Shown here piece after piece: positions 1-15,184 of a DNA stretch of 64,000 bases. The notes below the pieces were generated by a model. That model was not told the origin of the DNA and did not search any database. It saw only the letters and a program-made list of their open reading frames with translations. Position 1 is the first letter of the stretch, and the number at the start of each line of letters is the position of its first letter. The stretch lies in the NCBI GenBank assembly GCA_951406725.2, contig OX597840.1:16926001-16990000 (forward strand). Reading direction: 5' to 3'. The translations under genes and the position numbers were made by a program. The DNA is from Octopus vulgaris. Taxonomy: Eukaryota.

Positions 1-200
1 ACCAACACCAGTTATCTAAGTGTGACGGGAGACAAACACAGGCACAGAGACACATACACACACACACACACAAACAAACACTCAAACACACACGCACACA
101 CAAGCACACACACACACGCACACACAAGCACACACAAGCACACACAAATGCACATACACACATACATATATCTATATTGATATCTATCTATCTATCTATC

Positions 201-241
<41 letters not shown>

Positions 242-493
242 TTACTATTATGTTAAACTGTCGTATGTCCAAATTTGACCAATATTTTATCAATATTCAT
301 TTTTGCTTGCCTTAGCCGGTTCTTTGGTCAAACTATCGTATCTCCAGCTGCTTCAGATACCAGTATATCAAAAGTTCTCAAAGAGTTGTACAGTAGTTTT
401 GCTATGGAATAGTGAAATTATTTTTTCGTTTTCTGTAAAAGCAATGTTTTGGATTTACGACACTTATGCATAATAGCGACGACACATATATAT

Positions 494-549
<56 letters not shown>

Positions 550-564
550 TTGTGTGTGTGTTTA

Positions 565-761
565 TACCCCACCATCGCTTGACAAGCGATGTTGGTGTGT
601 TTACGTCTCCGTAACCTAGCGGTTTGGCAAAGAGTCCGATAGAATAAGTGCTAGGCTTACAAAGAATAAGTCCTGGGATCGATTTCTTCGACTAAAAACC
701 CTTTAAGGCGGTGTTCCAGCATGGCCGCAGCTGAATGACTGAAACAAATAAAAGAATAAAA

Positions 762-765
<4 letters not shown>
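565..765 (+). mobile_element. 3' part of octopus-type SINE family B
   Basis: Reverse complement of the block at 21455-21620 and 40985-41160 (ccgatagaataagt..ctaggcttacaaagaataagtcctggg..ccagcatggccgcag); A-rich tail aaagaataaaag. Confidence 0.8.
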
Positions 766-824
<59 letters not shown>

Positions 825-1224
825 AATAGATAAAGAGGAACGGAAATTATGTGGGAGAGGTCACAGTTGGGTGTAAATTTCGACATCACTTAGTCGTATG
901 TTTATGTTGGAGAGCAACGGGTGTTGGATATCGAAAACGATGAATTTCCAATTCTCACGCTGAACGCCCTTATAGCAGCGACCCTCAGGTCCTTTTACAT
1001 TTTTAATTAACCTCTGTCAAGTTGAAGACGTGTGGAGGTCAAATTTCAGCTTTACATTTCGTGCCTTTGTCGATCGATAACAATAATTATCATTTCCCTC
1101 CAAAAGTTTTGGTAACGTGGATCGATGTGGAAAGTCAATACAGTTCGGCATTTGGAATATTATTAAGACACCATAATGGTGCCGGGGGGGGGGGGGTTGA
1201 GAGGGCACCAATATAACAGAAAGG

Positions 1225-1840
1225 CAATTAATATTGGTTACTAATTTTGGAACACGGCCAGGAGTTTTAGGGGACTGGTAAGACGATTATATCGATCCCC
1301 AGTGCTCAACTGGTACTTATTTTATCAAACCCCGGAAGGATGTAAAGCAAGGTCAACCTCGGCGGAATTTGAACTCAGAATGTAATGCGGGTCGAAAGGC
1401 CGCAAAGCATTTTGCTCGGTGTGCTAACAATTTTGCCATCTGCCACCTTCGAATGGCAATTACATTCCTTTCTACTCTTGGCACAAAGCCTGAAACTTGG
1501 AGGGAGGAGACTAGTTGATTACACCGACTCCAGTGTTTCACTGGTACTTAATTTATCGACCCCGAAAGGATGAAAGGCTAAGTCAACCTCGGCGGAATTT
1601 GAACTCAGAATATAAAGACAGACGAAATACCTATTTCTTTACTACCCACAAGGGGCTAAACACAGAGAGGACAAATAAGGCCAGACAAACGGATTAAGTA
1701 GATTTAATCGACCCTGAAAGGATGAAAGGCAAAGTCGACCTCTTTATTGCCCACAGGGTGTTAAACAGAGGAGTAAACAAGGACAGACAAAGGGATTAAG
1801 TCGATTACATCGACCCCAGTGCGTAACTGGTACTTAATTT
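1225..1840 (-). mobile_element. Cluster of octopus-type tRNA-derived SINE family A copies
   Basis: Repeated core tcgaccccgaaaggatgaaaggcaaagtcgacctcggcggaatttgaactcagaa, whose reverse complement contains a B-box-like GAGTTCAAATTCC; the same core recurs many times in the window. Confidence 0.85.
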
Positions 1841-1905
1841 ACCGAATTGTTAGAGCATCGACAAGATCCTTAATTGTATTTCTTTCGACTCTTTGCATTC
1901 CTTAA

Positions 1906-2118
1906 GGCGGCGAACAGGCAGAATCGTTAGCACGACGGCAAAAATGCTTAGCAGCATTTCGTCCGTCTTTACGTTCTGAGTTCAAATCCCGCAGAGGTCA
2001 ACTTTGCCTTTCATCCTTTCGGGGTCGATAAAATAAGTACCAGTGAAACATTGGGGTCGATGTAACCGACTTACCGCTTCCTAGAAATTGCTGGCCTTGT
2101 GCCAAAATTTGAAGCCAA
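1906..2118 (+). mobile_element. SINE family A copy
   Basis: ggcggcg..ggcagaatcgttagcacg head, ttctgagttcaaatccc B-box, gcctttcatcctttcggggtcgataaa core, ggccttgtgccaaaatttgaa end. Confidence 0.85.
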
Positions 2119-2453
2119 TATTGTATTTTGTTTGGTCATTAGATTTCGGGATGGAGAGGTTCCTTGTTGGCCTTTAATAAAGGAAACTGATTACTATCGA
2201 AAGCGCTCCGGTCGTGACCTCTTAGTACTTCGGGTATATCTATAACTACATTATCTACTGTCCTTCCCTGATTTAAGAGGTTTTGATTTAATTTGAGGGA
2301 AATTTGCCAGTCATTTCGAGTACAACGAGTGACCTCTTCGTTGTTGATGGTTTTGTTGTTGTTTGACCCTAGGTCAGCCCTGACCTGGCACAGGGATCCA
2401 TGCGTAAAAGCGTTTCAGCAAACACCAAACCTTTGCTGCTTACATACACGCGC

Positions 2454-2553
<100 letters not shown>

Positions 2554-3360
2554 TCTAGACACACACACGCACTTAAACACAAGGACATGAAATGTTCAAG
2601 AAAATGTGCTCCCCTAGGCTAGAATCCAAATCATGCCCTACCGATCGTGAGTACATCACCCTAACCACAAGACAACATACATGTTTATCTCTATAGAGCA
2701 GTGCTCCGCAACCGACAGATGCGGTATACAGGTGTGCCATGAGACGATGCTAGGTGTGCCGCAGTGTAACCTGAATATAAGTATTTTTCCAATACTTTTA
2801 GTTATATTTTGTAGTCGAGGTGTGCCGCCAAACTTTGAAAAGAGTATAAATGGCCACAGTCCAATGGTTGAAAGATGTAAAAGTATAAAAGAATATATAT
2901 ATATATATATATACATACATACATACATACATACATACATACATACATACATACACACACATGAATATATATGTAAAATTGTACATATGCATATAGACAC
3001 ACATCTATATCTGTGTGTGTTTATGTACATAAATCTGTATTTATGCGTGTGTGTGTGTGTGCGTGTGTGTGCGTGTGTGTGTGTGTGTGTTTGTGAATAC
3101 ACACACAGACACACATATAGAAAAATAGAGAGGGGCAGAGAGCTACATATTTATATCTATGTATACTTCAATTAAATATAGTAGAATGAAACGGGGTTGC
3201 TATTTCTAGCAGGTCTAGAAGCCAGCTTATGGACCACGTGGATCGGGGAAGGAAGGAAGAGACAGACAGGAAGGTCTTGCAGACAACAGAGACAGACGAA
3301 AGGAGGAAGATATATATATATATACATGCATACACACATACATATATATATATAAGTGTG

Positions 3361-3446
<86 letters not shown>

Positions 3447-4029
3447 CACACATACATATTTATAGAGAGAGAGTGGGGAGAGATAAAGAAGGGGGTGAGA
3501 TCTGATATCCACCAATCAGCAACGTTGTCTCAGAGATAGCAATCGATCAGTAATAGCACCGTATGCGTGATTAATTAACATTGTGATACATCCAGTGCAT
3601 TCTGCAGTGCGGGGAATGATTCCATCTGAAAACCTTTTGAAATGAAATGGAATAGATAAATAAATAAATAAATATATATACATTTATATATATATATAAA
3701 GGCTTCGCTCCTGCCTACATCGCCATCTGCAGTATATATATGATTAATATATACATGAATATTTATATATGTGTGTGTGTGTGTGTGAATATACGTGTTC
3801 ACACAATCATATACATTTATTTCAACGTATGTCTTGATTGTTTTCAACTGTCTCTTCTTATTAAGTGTGTTATATATCGTAATCCGTATATATGCTGGCT
3901 CATACATACATACATACATACATACTCTCACTTACATACGTAAAGTTTGTTTGTTTCTCATCTTTCTGATATGTCAATAGCGATTTCATGGAGTTGTTAT
4001 TTATGCCCTCAAAGATTTATATATGTATG

Positions 4030-4062
<33 letters not shown>

Positions 4063-4179
4063 GTATGTATGTATGTATGTATGTATGTATGTATGTATGT
4101 ATGTATGTATGCGCGTATGTATGTATGTATATATAAGAAAACTTTTACACATGCGCACACACCCACACCCAAGCCACAC

Positions 4180-4217
<38 letters not shown>

Positions 4218-4369
4218 CATAAAACAACGCAGGAAGCCCGAAGTACTCTTAGGCCGTTGGTCAGTCAATAAGGGTGTGGACAACACCAGACTTCAATTTG
4301 CTACTCCATAACACTTAAAATGTTTTAAGATGAAGTGGGTGACGGTGGTATTGGTGGTGCTGGGGGATT

Positions 4370-4416
<47 letters not shown>

Positions 4417-4461
4417 TATTTAGTGGAGATATGGCTGTGGTAATATGTATCTATATATGTA

Positions 4462-5336
4462 CAGGGTGCGATGAATAAACTGTCGTCTAAGTTACGCAAA
4501 AATGAAAATAACATTGACATATCATTTTAACAGATATCTTTACCAAAATTACATAAAAATATCTTGAAATACTAAAGAGTAAATTTATTCAATAAAATCG
4601 CCATTGGTTTCAACCATAGCCTCCAGATGACTTCGGAATCTCCTGCAACTCTTGTGGACCGTCTCCTTGTTTAAGTTGGTCAATGCTGCCATAATCCTTG
4701 CCTTCAATTCGTTTTTGGAGTTGCAAGGAGTTTTGTTGGTCTCTCGCTCAACTGCACCTCACACAAACTAATCAAGGGGGTTGCATTGTGGGGAGTTAAG
4801 TGGCCAGATGTTAGGGATGATGTGGTTGCAGAAACTGTCTGACAGCCATGACTGGGTTCTCCTGTTTGTGTGACATGGTATCGTGTCCTGTTGCCAGACA
4901 TAGGGTCTTTCAGTAGTCACTCTCTTGACCCAGGGCAGCCGTACCTCCTCCAGGCACTTGATGTAGGCCTCCGTGTTGAGTCTGAGATCGTGTGGGAAGA
5001 TGAATGGAGGCATAACGTCGCCATCACTTGTGATTACTCCAAACACCATGATGTTGACCGGATGTTTGATTTTTATCACTCAAGGTACATGCTCTCAGAT
5101 AGCACTGTCCTGAGATTGACACCCAAACACTGAAATGTTCATATTGGAGCTTCCGGCGCGAATGACAAGCAGTACAACATGTCATTGCCAAATTTCTGAC
5201 AGTGAATTGTGTCATGGTGTTGTTTTTCTCACAGACGGTGCCCAACTGACCCTACTATACTGTGTAGTTGACAAAATCAAAAACAATGCGCAGAATTAAA
5301 TATATAAAATGACGACAATTTACCCATCGCACCTTG
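4462..5336 (-). mobile_element. Internally deleted Tc1/mariner transposon (DD37D/maT-like)
   Basis: TIRs CAGGGTGCGATGAATAAACTGTCGTC / GACGACAATTTACCCATCGCACCTTG flanked by TA; transposase fragment 4768-5079 (MVFGVITSDG..VWQQDTIPCHT..WPLNSPQCNPLD). Confidence 0.85.
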
Positions 5337-5407
5337 TATATACTCATATTTGTATATGTACATACATAGATGTATACACGCATACATAGTTTATTATATA
5401 TGTTTGT

Positions 5408-5438
<31 letters not shown>

Positions 5439-5525
5439 CACACACACACACACACGCACGTACACATACACGCATACACATATAATACATATATAGTGAT
5501 TTATTGTAGGTAAAAATCTTCCCAA

Positions 5526-5871
5526 ACTGTTAGTTTCAGTTAAGCGATCATCAGACAGAGTTGAACTTTTGTGAAAATACAAAGGTTTATAAACGTTTAT
5601 AAATGGTGCAGTGATAACTAATTATCAACTCATTGGACACGAGGCTATTACTTTTCAAAATAACAAGAATGTTTTGGATAAAAACGACCTGTCGTTGACG
5701 AATACTAATATATAAATTTAGAAATATTGTGCTTGGGTGGACTTAAACACAGGGACCTGATAACCAAAACTTTTTTACGATAAATTTCGTAAGCATGTCT
5801 GCCTGACTGTGCAAGCAAGAGGCCTCATAACTTAACTGATGATCGCTTACGTGAAAATCTGAGTAACGGTT
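5526..5871. mobile_element. Decayed inverted PLE-type remnant with two degenerate hammerhead motifs
   Basis: + strand CTGATGA-TCG ctta CGT-GAAA-atctgaGTA (5836-5865); - strand ctgt-CTGATGA-TCGCTTAACT-GAAACT-aacag (5526-5558). Confidence 0.5.
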
Positions 5872-6222
5872 CCTGAAGTTTTTCAGCTACAATGAAATAC
5901 ATTTTACTCTCCCTTTGGTATTTCAGTGCTATTTTCTCCACCTTCTATTACACCTGTTGCTCAATGCCTGTGTGTGGGTGTGTGTCTGTGTGTATGTATG
6001 TGTGAAGGCGTTTGTGTGTGTGTATGTGTGTGTGTGTGTGAGTGCGTGCGTGCGTGTGTGCGCGCGCGACGTGTAATATGTAGAATAGCTCAAAAGTAAA
6101 AATTTCACAGACATTTCATAATTTCATTCTAACTTCTACAGCTGTTTCAACAGTTAAAATGCAAACATCATCATCCATATAATTACGTAATATATAAAAA
6201 TACATAATACACATACATATAC

Positions 6223-6337
<115 letters not shown>

Positions 6338-6466
6338 TATTTCTCTGTGTGTGTGCATATATATGCATGTATGTATATTTATCTATCTTTGTATCTATCT
6401 ATCTAACAATCAATTAATATATATATATATATATATACATATACACATATGTATGTACATACGTAC

Positions 6467-6501
<35 letters not shown>

Positions 6502-6842
6502 CATCTGAGTCACACACATTCTTGTTTAACTCACACACGCACGCACATACACATACACACACGCGTGCACACACACATGCAAGCACACAATCATTTTCGC
6601 TTAATACATCTGAAAATGTTTGACTCTAACGACCATTAACATCAATCACTTCAGTTTGGTGTGGTGTGGTGTGTAGGGGATGACGTGGTGTGGTGCGGTG
6701 TATGATGTGGTAGGATGTGATGTGTGGTGGAGGTGGGGAACAGACATTCAATAAATACGGATCGATATTTATTTAATAATAATTGACTATTAAAGATAAA
6801 TATAAATGTGAATGTAATCATCGTTATTATGTCCATCTCTAG

Positions 6843-7044
6843 CCACTGGTCAATATATACACTGAGCATACTGACCGCATCCAATGTCGGCGTGGCTCTT
6901 ACACACATGATGGATTTGCTAGAAATAGCAGTTACAATGTTCTTCAAACCATACAATGCTGTCATCGAATAATATGGAAGGATCTATTGGATAAATGTAA
7001 TCCTAGATATATTATGTCAAGCAAGAACAAATCACCTACAAAAG
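6843..7044 (+). CDS. Possible host-gene exon (Cys-containing ectodomain)
   Basis: ctctag| acceptor, 202-nt open frame PLVNIYTEHTDRIQCRRGSY..QCCHRIIWKDLLDKCNP.., |gtgtga donor; unique sequence, but its phase does not link directly to the next candidate exon. Confidence 0.35.
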
Positions 7045-7366
7045 GTGTGATAGTCACGGCTGGAATGTTTTGGATCAAACGTTTTGGTGGGGATTGTGGT
7101 GTTGGTTTTGGTGGTGGTAGCGGGGGTTGTTGTGATTCTTTCGGGGGTCGATAAAATAAGTACCAGTTGAACACTTGGGTCGATGTCATCGACTAAACTC
7201 CTCCTTCAAAATTGCTGGCCTTGTGCCAAAATTTGAAGGTATTATTATTGTTGTCGTTGTTGTTAGCGTCGTTGTTCCGTGATTCGAATGTTTAGGGTTT
7301 GACGCTGAGCTGGAAATGTTTCCTTCTGGAATATCTTTATTGTAATGTATTACAAACAATACGACG

Positions 7367-7880
7367 CCGAGCTGGCAGAATCGTTAGCACGTTGGGTGAA
7401 ATGCTTGGCGGTATTTCGTCTGATGCTTGGCGGTATTTCGTCTGCCTTTCATCCTTTCGTGCTCGATAAATTAAATACCAGTTGCGTACTAGGGTCGATC
7501 TAAATTTCGGGCCTGTGCCTAGACTAGAAAAGAATATTGCCTGAGTTCAAATTCCGACGAGGTCGACTTTACCTTTCATCCTTTCGGGCTCAATAAATTA
7601 AGTATCAGTTGCGTACTGGGTTGATCTCACCGACTGCGATTCTCCCACAAAATTTAGGGTCTTGTGCCTAGAGGAGAAAAGAATTGTAAGCACGCCAGCT
7701 GAAATTCTTGGCGGCATTTCGTTCCTGTTTGCATTTTGAGTTCAAATTCCGCCGAGATAAACTTTACCTTTCATTCTTTCGGGGGTCGTCGATAAAATAA
7801 GTACCTGTTGAATACTGGGTCAGCGTAATCAACTTGCCCCCCTCCCAGAAATAGCTGACCTTTTGCCAAAATTTGAAACC
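7367..7880 (+). mobile_element. Tandem or nested SINE family A copies
   Basis: Three partial repeats of gagttcaaattccg..cctttcatcctttcggg..aagtaccagttg. Confidence 0.85.
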
Positions 7881-7899
7881 AATACGTTACAAATAATCC

Positions 7900-8526
7900 T
7901 TCCTGCTATAGGCACAAGGCCTGAACTTTTGGGTGAGGGATAGTCGATTAGATCGACCCCCCAGTACTCAACTGGTACTTAATTTATCGACCCCGAAAGG
8001 ATGAAAGGCAAAGTCGACCTTGGCGGAATTTGAACTCAGAACGTAGCGGCAGACGAAATACCTATTTCTACTTCTTTATTACCCACAAAGGGCTAAACAC
8101 AGAGAGGACAAACAAGGACAGACAAACAGATTAAGTCGATTACATCGACCTCAGTGCGTAACTGGTGCTTGTTTAATCGACCCCGAAAGAACGAAAGGCA
8201 AAGTCGACCTCGGCGGAATTTGAACTCAGAACGTAACAGCAGACGAAATGCCGCTAAGCATTTCGCCCGGCATGCTAACGGTTCTGCCAGCTCGCCACTT
8301 TATAAATAATAATTCTTTTCTACTTTAGGCACAAGGCCCGAAATTTTGGGGGATAGGGCTAGTCGATTAGGTCGACCTCAGTACGCAACTGGTACTTAAT
8401 TTATCGATCCTGAAAGGATGAAAGGCAAAGTCGACCTCGGCAGAATTTGAACTCAGAACTTAAAGACAGACGAAATATCACTAAGCATTTCGCCCGGCGT
8501 GCTAACGCTTCTGCCAGCTCGCCGCC
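7900..8526 (-). mobile_element. Tandem SINE family A copies facing the previous cluster
   Basis: Three cores ending in ..ctgccagctcgcc. Confidence 0.85.
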
Positions 8527-8659
8527 TTTGTACGTTACAAATTATAATCTATGGCTTACCGCAATACTTACTGTATTCTGTTTTATAAGTTCGTTTTCAC
8601 TTAATGATGTCTACATCTATTCTACATCCAGTACTTTATGATATATGCATCTGGCCTGA

Positions 8660-8726
8660 GTGCTCCATCTGAGCAGGGTGCTCCATCTGAGCAGGGTGCT
8701 CCATCTGAGCAGGGTGCTCAATCTGG
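8660..8726. repeat. 18-bp minisatellite, about 3.7 copies
   Basis: Unit GTGCTCCATCTGAGCAGG. Confidence 0.9.
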
Positions 8727-10067
8727 AAGTTTCAATGATAGCAAATTCAAAGCAAAAACCAACATAGAGTTACATCTCACGTAAAGCTGTAGCAGGGGTT
8801 AACAGTTGTACAATTCTTTAATCTGACGTTGATGATTTTATCAGTTCATAACAGTATTTCCATGATCGTTTGGAAACTACTGCAAACCACACGAACAGCA
8901 TGGTAGCTCGACGGCATTCTTATCGCCTCTTCAGTCTGATAATGAGGCCGGGAAAGTCTTGAAACGTTAATGAACGAACGGATTTAGAAATGCTATTCTT
9001 CTGTATCTAATATTAATTTCAAATTTTGGTACAAGGCCAGCAATTTCGGGAGAAGAAATAAGTCGATTACATTGATCCCAGTACACAACTGGTACTCAAT
9101 TTATCAATCCCCGAAGGGATGAAGGGCAAAGTCGACCTCGGCAGAATTTTCTTCTGTATTTGATATTAAGGACATGAGTAAGATGACGAGCTTGCCGGAA
9201 CTTTAACACATCGAACTCAATGCTTAGAGGCACTTCCTCCGTTTTCACGTTCTGGATTCAAATTCTGCCGTGATTGACTTAGCCTTTCAACCTTTCGAGG
9301 TCAATAAAATAAAGTACCAGTTGGACACTGGGGTTGATATAATCGACTTACCAAAATATGAAATCACTATTAAGGATATGGGTTGCTTAGATTAACAGTA
9401 CAGAGCGCTTAAGCGGAGGTTGAAAGGTACGGGGTTCGATTCTCTCTTGCGACCTGCTAGCCACCTTTTTAAACGGTGATGCTCCAGCATGGCTGCAGCC
9501 GCACAGCTGACATGAAGAAAAGAATAAAAGAATAAAAGGATATGATATCTAAATCCTTAGTACATAAAAATAAACTCGAACAGACGTATTTTTAAAGCAA
9601 AGTATTTGGAAAAAGAGTTCGTTATTAACAAAGACACATATAATCGAAACTTCGAAGTCACTATCAGTCTTTCCTTTGTAAAAAACTGAAAGGTTTTTCT
9701 GTTGAAAGGTGTTAAGTGATCCTTCAATTTTGAATGTTTGAATGTTTTTTTTTATATATATGAGAGATAGATAAAACAAACATTTATATAACACACTCAC
9801 ATACATTCGCCCATTCATGTATAAATTCATAAATAAATATGTATCTTATAAGTATGTGAATATATATACATTATATAATATGAATATACATACAAGTATA
9901 CACACACATACATATATACACATACATAAGCATATATATATATTCATGTATGTGTATATATGTATATACATCTATACACACACATATATACACACGCACA
10001 TAGATGTATACACATGCATAAGTAGATTATATATATATATTCATATATATATATATATATATACACA

Positions 10068-10114
<47 letters not shown>

Positions 10115-10699
10115 TCATATATATATATATATATGTACATGTATATATATACATGCACAGACACAGACACACACACACACAACCCTAAACGGTTTCTGTT
10201 TCTGCTACTCACTAACTGGAACGGTACTGCTACACAACACAATACCAATACGGTTTCATCTGGTCACATTTGACTACACACATTGGTGCATCATATACTG
10301 ATACGGATGCAGCTAGCCACGCGTCACTGAACACAGACTGACTTGTGGAAGAACCAATAAAGGAACTTTTACTTGGTCCCTGGCTTGTTAGAAATAGCAG
10401 TCAACCTAGTTAACATTAATCGCTATTGTTAAAAAAAAACTGGAAACAAGGTAAGCCTTGATGAGTTATATGTGAAATGTGGTTTTGACCGGAGGTACTT
10501 TGCTCCCAGTGGTATTGAACCGAAAACGACGAGGTTACGGTAACCATATGGAATGTTTGTTGGACCAGTTAGACAGAAGCAGCAACGATAGGTCCTTCGG
10601 ATCTTAGGTCAACGGCTTAAATACAAAAGGCTCACTCGAGAGATAATATAGCCACACGTTTGAGAAGACGGTGACGTGGTTATACGTGGATCCAATCAT

Positions 10700-10803
10700 G
10701 GCCTCTTCGCCGTCATCGCTGTCATCATCATCATCATTATTATCATACCGTCATCATCATCATCGTCGTCATCGTTGTAGTTGTCGACGTCGTCGTCGTC
10801 GTC

Positions 10804-10835
<32 letters not shown>

Positions 10836-11175
10836 AGTCGTCGTCGTCGTATTTGTCATCGCCGACGCCGGTATCACCATCGTCGTCATTATCGTGGTTA
10901 TTGACATCTCTCCACTGGCACCACCACTGCCACCACCACCGACACTACCATCATCATCATCATCATCACCATCATCACCATCGTCATCATCTTCACCACC
11001 ATCACAACCACAGCCACCACCATCACCACCACAATCATCATCATCAACCTCATCATCAACACTACCACCACTACCGACACCATCACCACCACTCTCATCG
11101 TCACAACCACCACCATTACCACAACCACCATCACCATATCACTATCACCACCACCACCAACACTACCATCGTCAC
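10700..11175. repeat. (CAT/CAC/CGT)n degenerate trinucleotide tract
   Basis: Seen directly; it generates the spurious poly-His/Ser/Pro ORFs. Confidence 0.9.
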
Positions 11176-11309
11176 CGCATTGTGTTACACAGCTCCACAA
11201 TACTGAAACGTATCCCTATCTAGTAATTTGTTCATAGCTAACAAATATATTTGTCCCGTATGACATGATGGCTGTTTTCACGGATGTATATACATGCATG
11301 CATACATAT

Positions 11310-11382
<73 letters not shown>

Positions 11383-12924
11383 TATATTTATATGTGTGTG
11401 TGTGTGTGTGTACATAAGTATATATTTACATATACAAATACATACAAAAATGTGTGTGTGTGTGTGTGTAGATGGTAGCTATAAACATAAATTGTATATA
11501 TATCTAATTCTCTTGGAACTCAACAACTCAACAACAACAACAACAACATCAATAACCACACCAACAACAACATTAGTAACCAATGTACCATGAACAACCA
11601 ATGAAATTCAGTTATTCTGATAACACATTTGTATCGATTAAAATTCCTGTTGTTGTTATTGTTGTGCAACCCCAGGTCAATTCTGATCAAAAAGACCTCT
11701 GTGTTTATTGTAAAGCAATCCCCTTGCTTTGTATTGTTATATGGTTTTTGGGGTGTGTTTTTTTTTTGCGGGGAGGGGTTCATCTCAATCTATTGTGAGA
11801 GAAATTATTATATTTTATTTTTTCAATTTGTTTCCAATCATAATGTTAAAAAAAAAACATGAAATTATAAAAAAAAAAAAGTCTCTCGTAATTCGTATTC
11901 ATAATGTCATAATATCTCCCTCACCCAAACACATCCCCTAATATTTGCTGCCTTTGTTGTAATAAAGAAATCGAACTGGGACGAATTTTGATGACGGATA
12001 AGATCGAAGAGAATAATGGAAATTGATAAGGAAAAAAGGAGAAATTGTTGAATGATTGGTTGAAAAACAAGTTATTGTTCCCTTGTTCTCAATGGCGGAA
12101 CCAGAGTTTGTACCACCGGGGGCCGCCCTTAGGTTTGCTTTCATTTCCACCCCCTACCCTCGCTTCCAATACGAGATTATACTGCAGACTCGAAAGTGCC
12201 ACCGCTATAAAAGCGGCGCCTGGGACGAACCGCTCCTAAGCCTTACCACCAGCAGCTACGCCTCTGGTCGTTCTTTCGCACTTGTTCATCAAATATCATT
12301 CACCAGAAGGAAGAGAAACTACCCACTTTTCCCAGCCAAAGCAATGCAGGTGTAGTGGAGTTAGATCCATCCTGCACACAACAATAACAGGGTGGCTAAT
12401 CTTACCCAGTAGGTTGAAGGGGAGATTTTCCTGAAGGTCAAACAGAGATGGTCAATACTTCCTTCTGCCTGACCGTATGACTACAGAGTTGTGCTGTTTC
12501 ACGTTTTTATGGTAGGGTCACGTTTAACTTAGCAGGAGGTTTACGTGCTGTTTAAAATGATACTTGTGCAGGGAGTTCGTTATACTGTGGCCAAAAATGT
12601 TCAATCATTCGCTGAGACAGCGCCATCTGCAAACGTTCTTTGATGCTTGGTGAATGCAGGAATCCTTTTTTATCCCCTGTAGTCGGTTTCTTTAACAATG
12701 CGATAAACGAAGATCGAAACTGGGTGCCTAGTATCTGGAATATTGTCAGACTCTCACTGGTTTCTGCCACTGAAAGTTAATTTCAGTAAGGAGTGTAGAA
12801 ATAACAGACAAAAACCTTTGGAAATACCTTCATTTCTTTAAAATTCTATTTCTATTGTTATGTAGGGCGATTGATTGGCAGAAATATCAGAGCGTTGGAA
12901 AGAATGTCATGTAATATTGATTTC

Positions 12925-14115
12925 AAATTTTGGCACAAGGCCAGCAATTTCGGTGAGAGGGTTTTCCATTACCTCGACCCCAGTACTCAACTGGTGGTTA
13001 TTTTTATCGACCCCGAAAGGATGAAAGGCAAAGCCGACCTCGACGGAACTTGAACATAGAACGCTAAGCATTTCACGCGGCGTGCTAACGATTCTTATTT
13101 CTTTATTACCCACAAGGGGCTAAACATAGAAGGGAAAAACAAGGACAGACAAAGGAATTAAGTCAATTATATCGACCCCAGTGCGTAACTGGTACTTAAT
13201 TTATCGACCCCGAAAGGATGAAAGGCAAAATCGACCTCGGCGGAATTTGAACTCATAATGTAACAACGGGCGAAATACCGCTAAGCATTTCGCCCGGCGT
13301 GCCAACGATTCTGCCAGCTTGTCGCCTCGCCTTAGAATGTCTTGTAATACTGCTTCCCCCCCCCCCCCAAAAAAAAAAGAAAGAAAAAATGGGGTAGGCT
13401 GCATGAATTAGCGGCATTTCGCCCGTCTTCATATTCTGAGTTCAAATTCTGCCGAGGTCGACTTTTCCTTTCATCCTTTCAGGATTGATAAAATAAGTAC
13501 TAGTTGCGTACTAGGGTCAATGTAATCGACTTAGCACCCCCACATCTGCCCCTGGAAATTGTTGGCCTGGTGCCAAAACTTGAAACACTATTTCTTCCAA
13601 CTTTTTTTACATTCTAACTTCAAATTCCGCCTTTCGTCTTCCTGGGCTCAATAAACTGAAGACCCAGTCCAGTACTAGTTCAATAGGATCGACGACTCAT
13701 TCTCCTGTAAAAACTGCAAGCCTTATACCTAAATTAGAAACCATTAATGTTGTTGCTGCTATTATTATCACCACCACCATCGAACTCACAACCTCATGAC
13801 CGTGAACCCGACGCACTAACAACTGCGCCATGCGTCTTCACTTACAATTTACCCTTTACTACCATTACAACAACCACCATCACCATCATCATCATCATCG
13901 TTATTGGTGCCAAGCTGTCAAAAATGTTAGCACGCCGGGCAAAATGCTTAGCGGCATTTCGTCCGTCTTTACGTTGCGAGTTCAAATTTCGCCGAGGTCG
14001 ACTTTGCCTTTTATCCTATCGGGGTCGATAAAATAAATACCAGTTGAGCACTAAGGTCAGCATAATCAACCTGGCCCCTGCCCCAAAACTGCCGGCCTAG
14101 TGACAAAATTTGAAA
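12925..14115. mobile_element. SINE family A cluster (- at 12925-13328; + at 13410-13590 and 13910-14115)
   Basis: Same core as the other family A copies. Confidence 0.8.
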
Positions 14116-14118
14116 CTA

Positions 14119-14835
<717 letters not shown>

Positions 14836-14856
14836 TTGTATCCTCCTCCTCCTCAC

Positions 14857-14898
<42 letters not shown>

Positions 14899-14932
14899 TC
14901 TTCTTCATCTCCTCCTCCTCCTCCTCCTTCTT

Positions 14933-15015
<83 letters not shown>

Positions 15016-15140
15016 AATCATCATCATCATCATCATCATCGTCGTCGTCGTCGTCGTCGTCGTCGTTGTTGTTGTTGTTGTTGTTGTTGTTGTCGGCTTC
15101 ATTATTTTATTTATTGTTCTATTTTTCCATCTTTTTGCAG

Positions 15141-15184
15141 GACGCCCGCCGTGCCAAAACCACCAAAATCCACTGAAAAGACAA
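15141..15184 (+). CDS. Host-gene exon (juxtamembrane stalk)
   Basis: tttttgcag| ... |gtaagc; TPAVPKPPKSTEKT; ends in phase 1, matching the next exon. Confidence 0.6.

Noticed and set aside
2698-2880. Cys-rich exon (EQCSATDRCGIQVCHE..)
   Set aside because: It begins CAGTGCTCCGCAACC and contains repeated GGTGTGCC motifs, which fits a decayed hAT MITE better.
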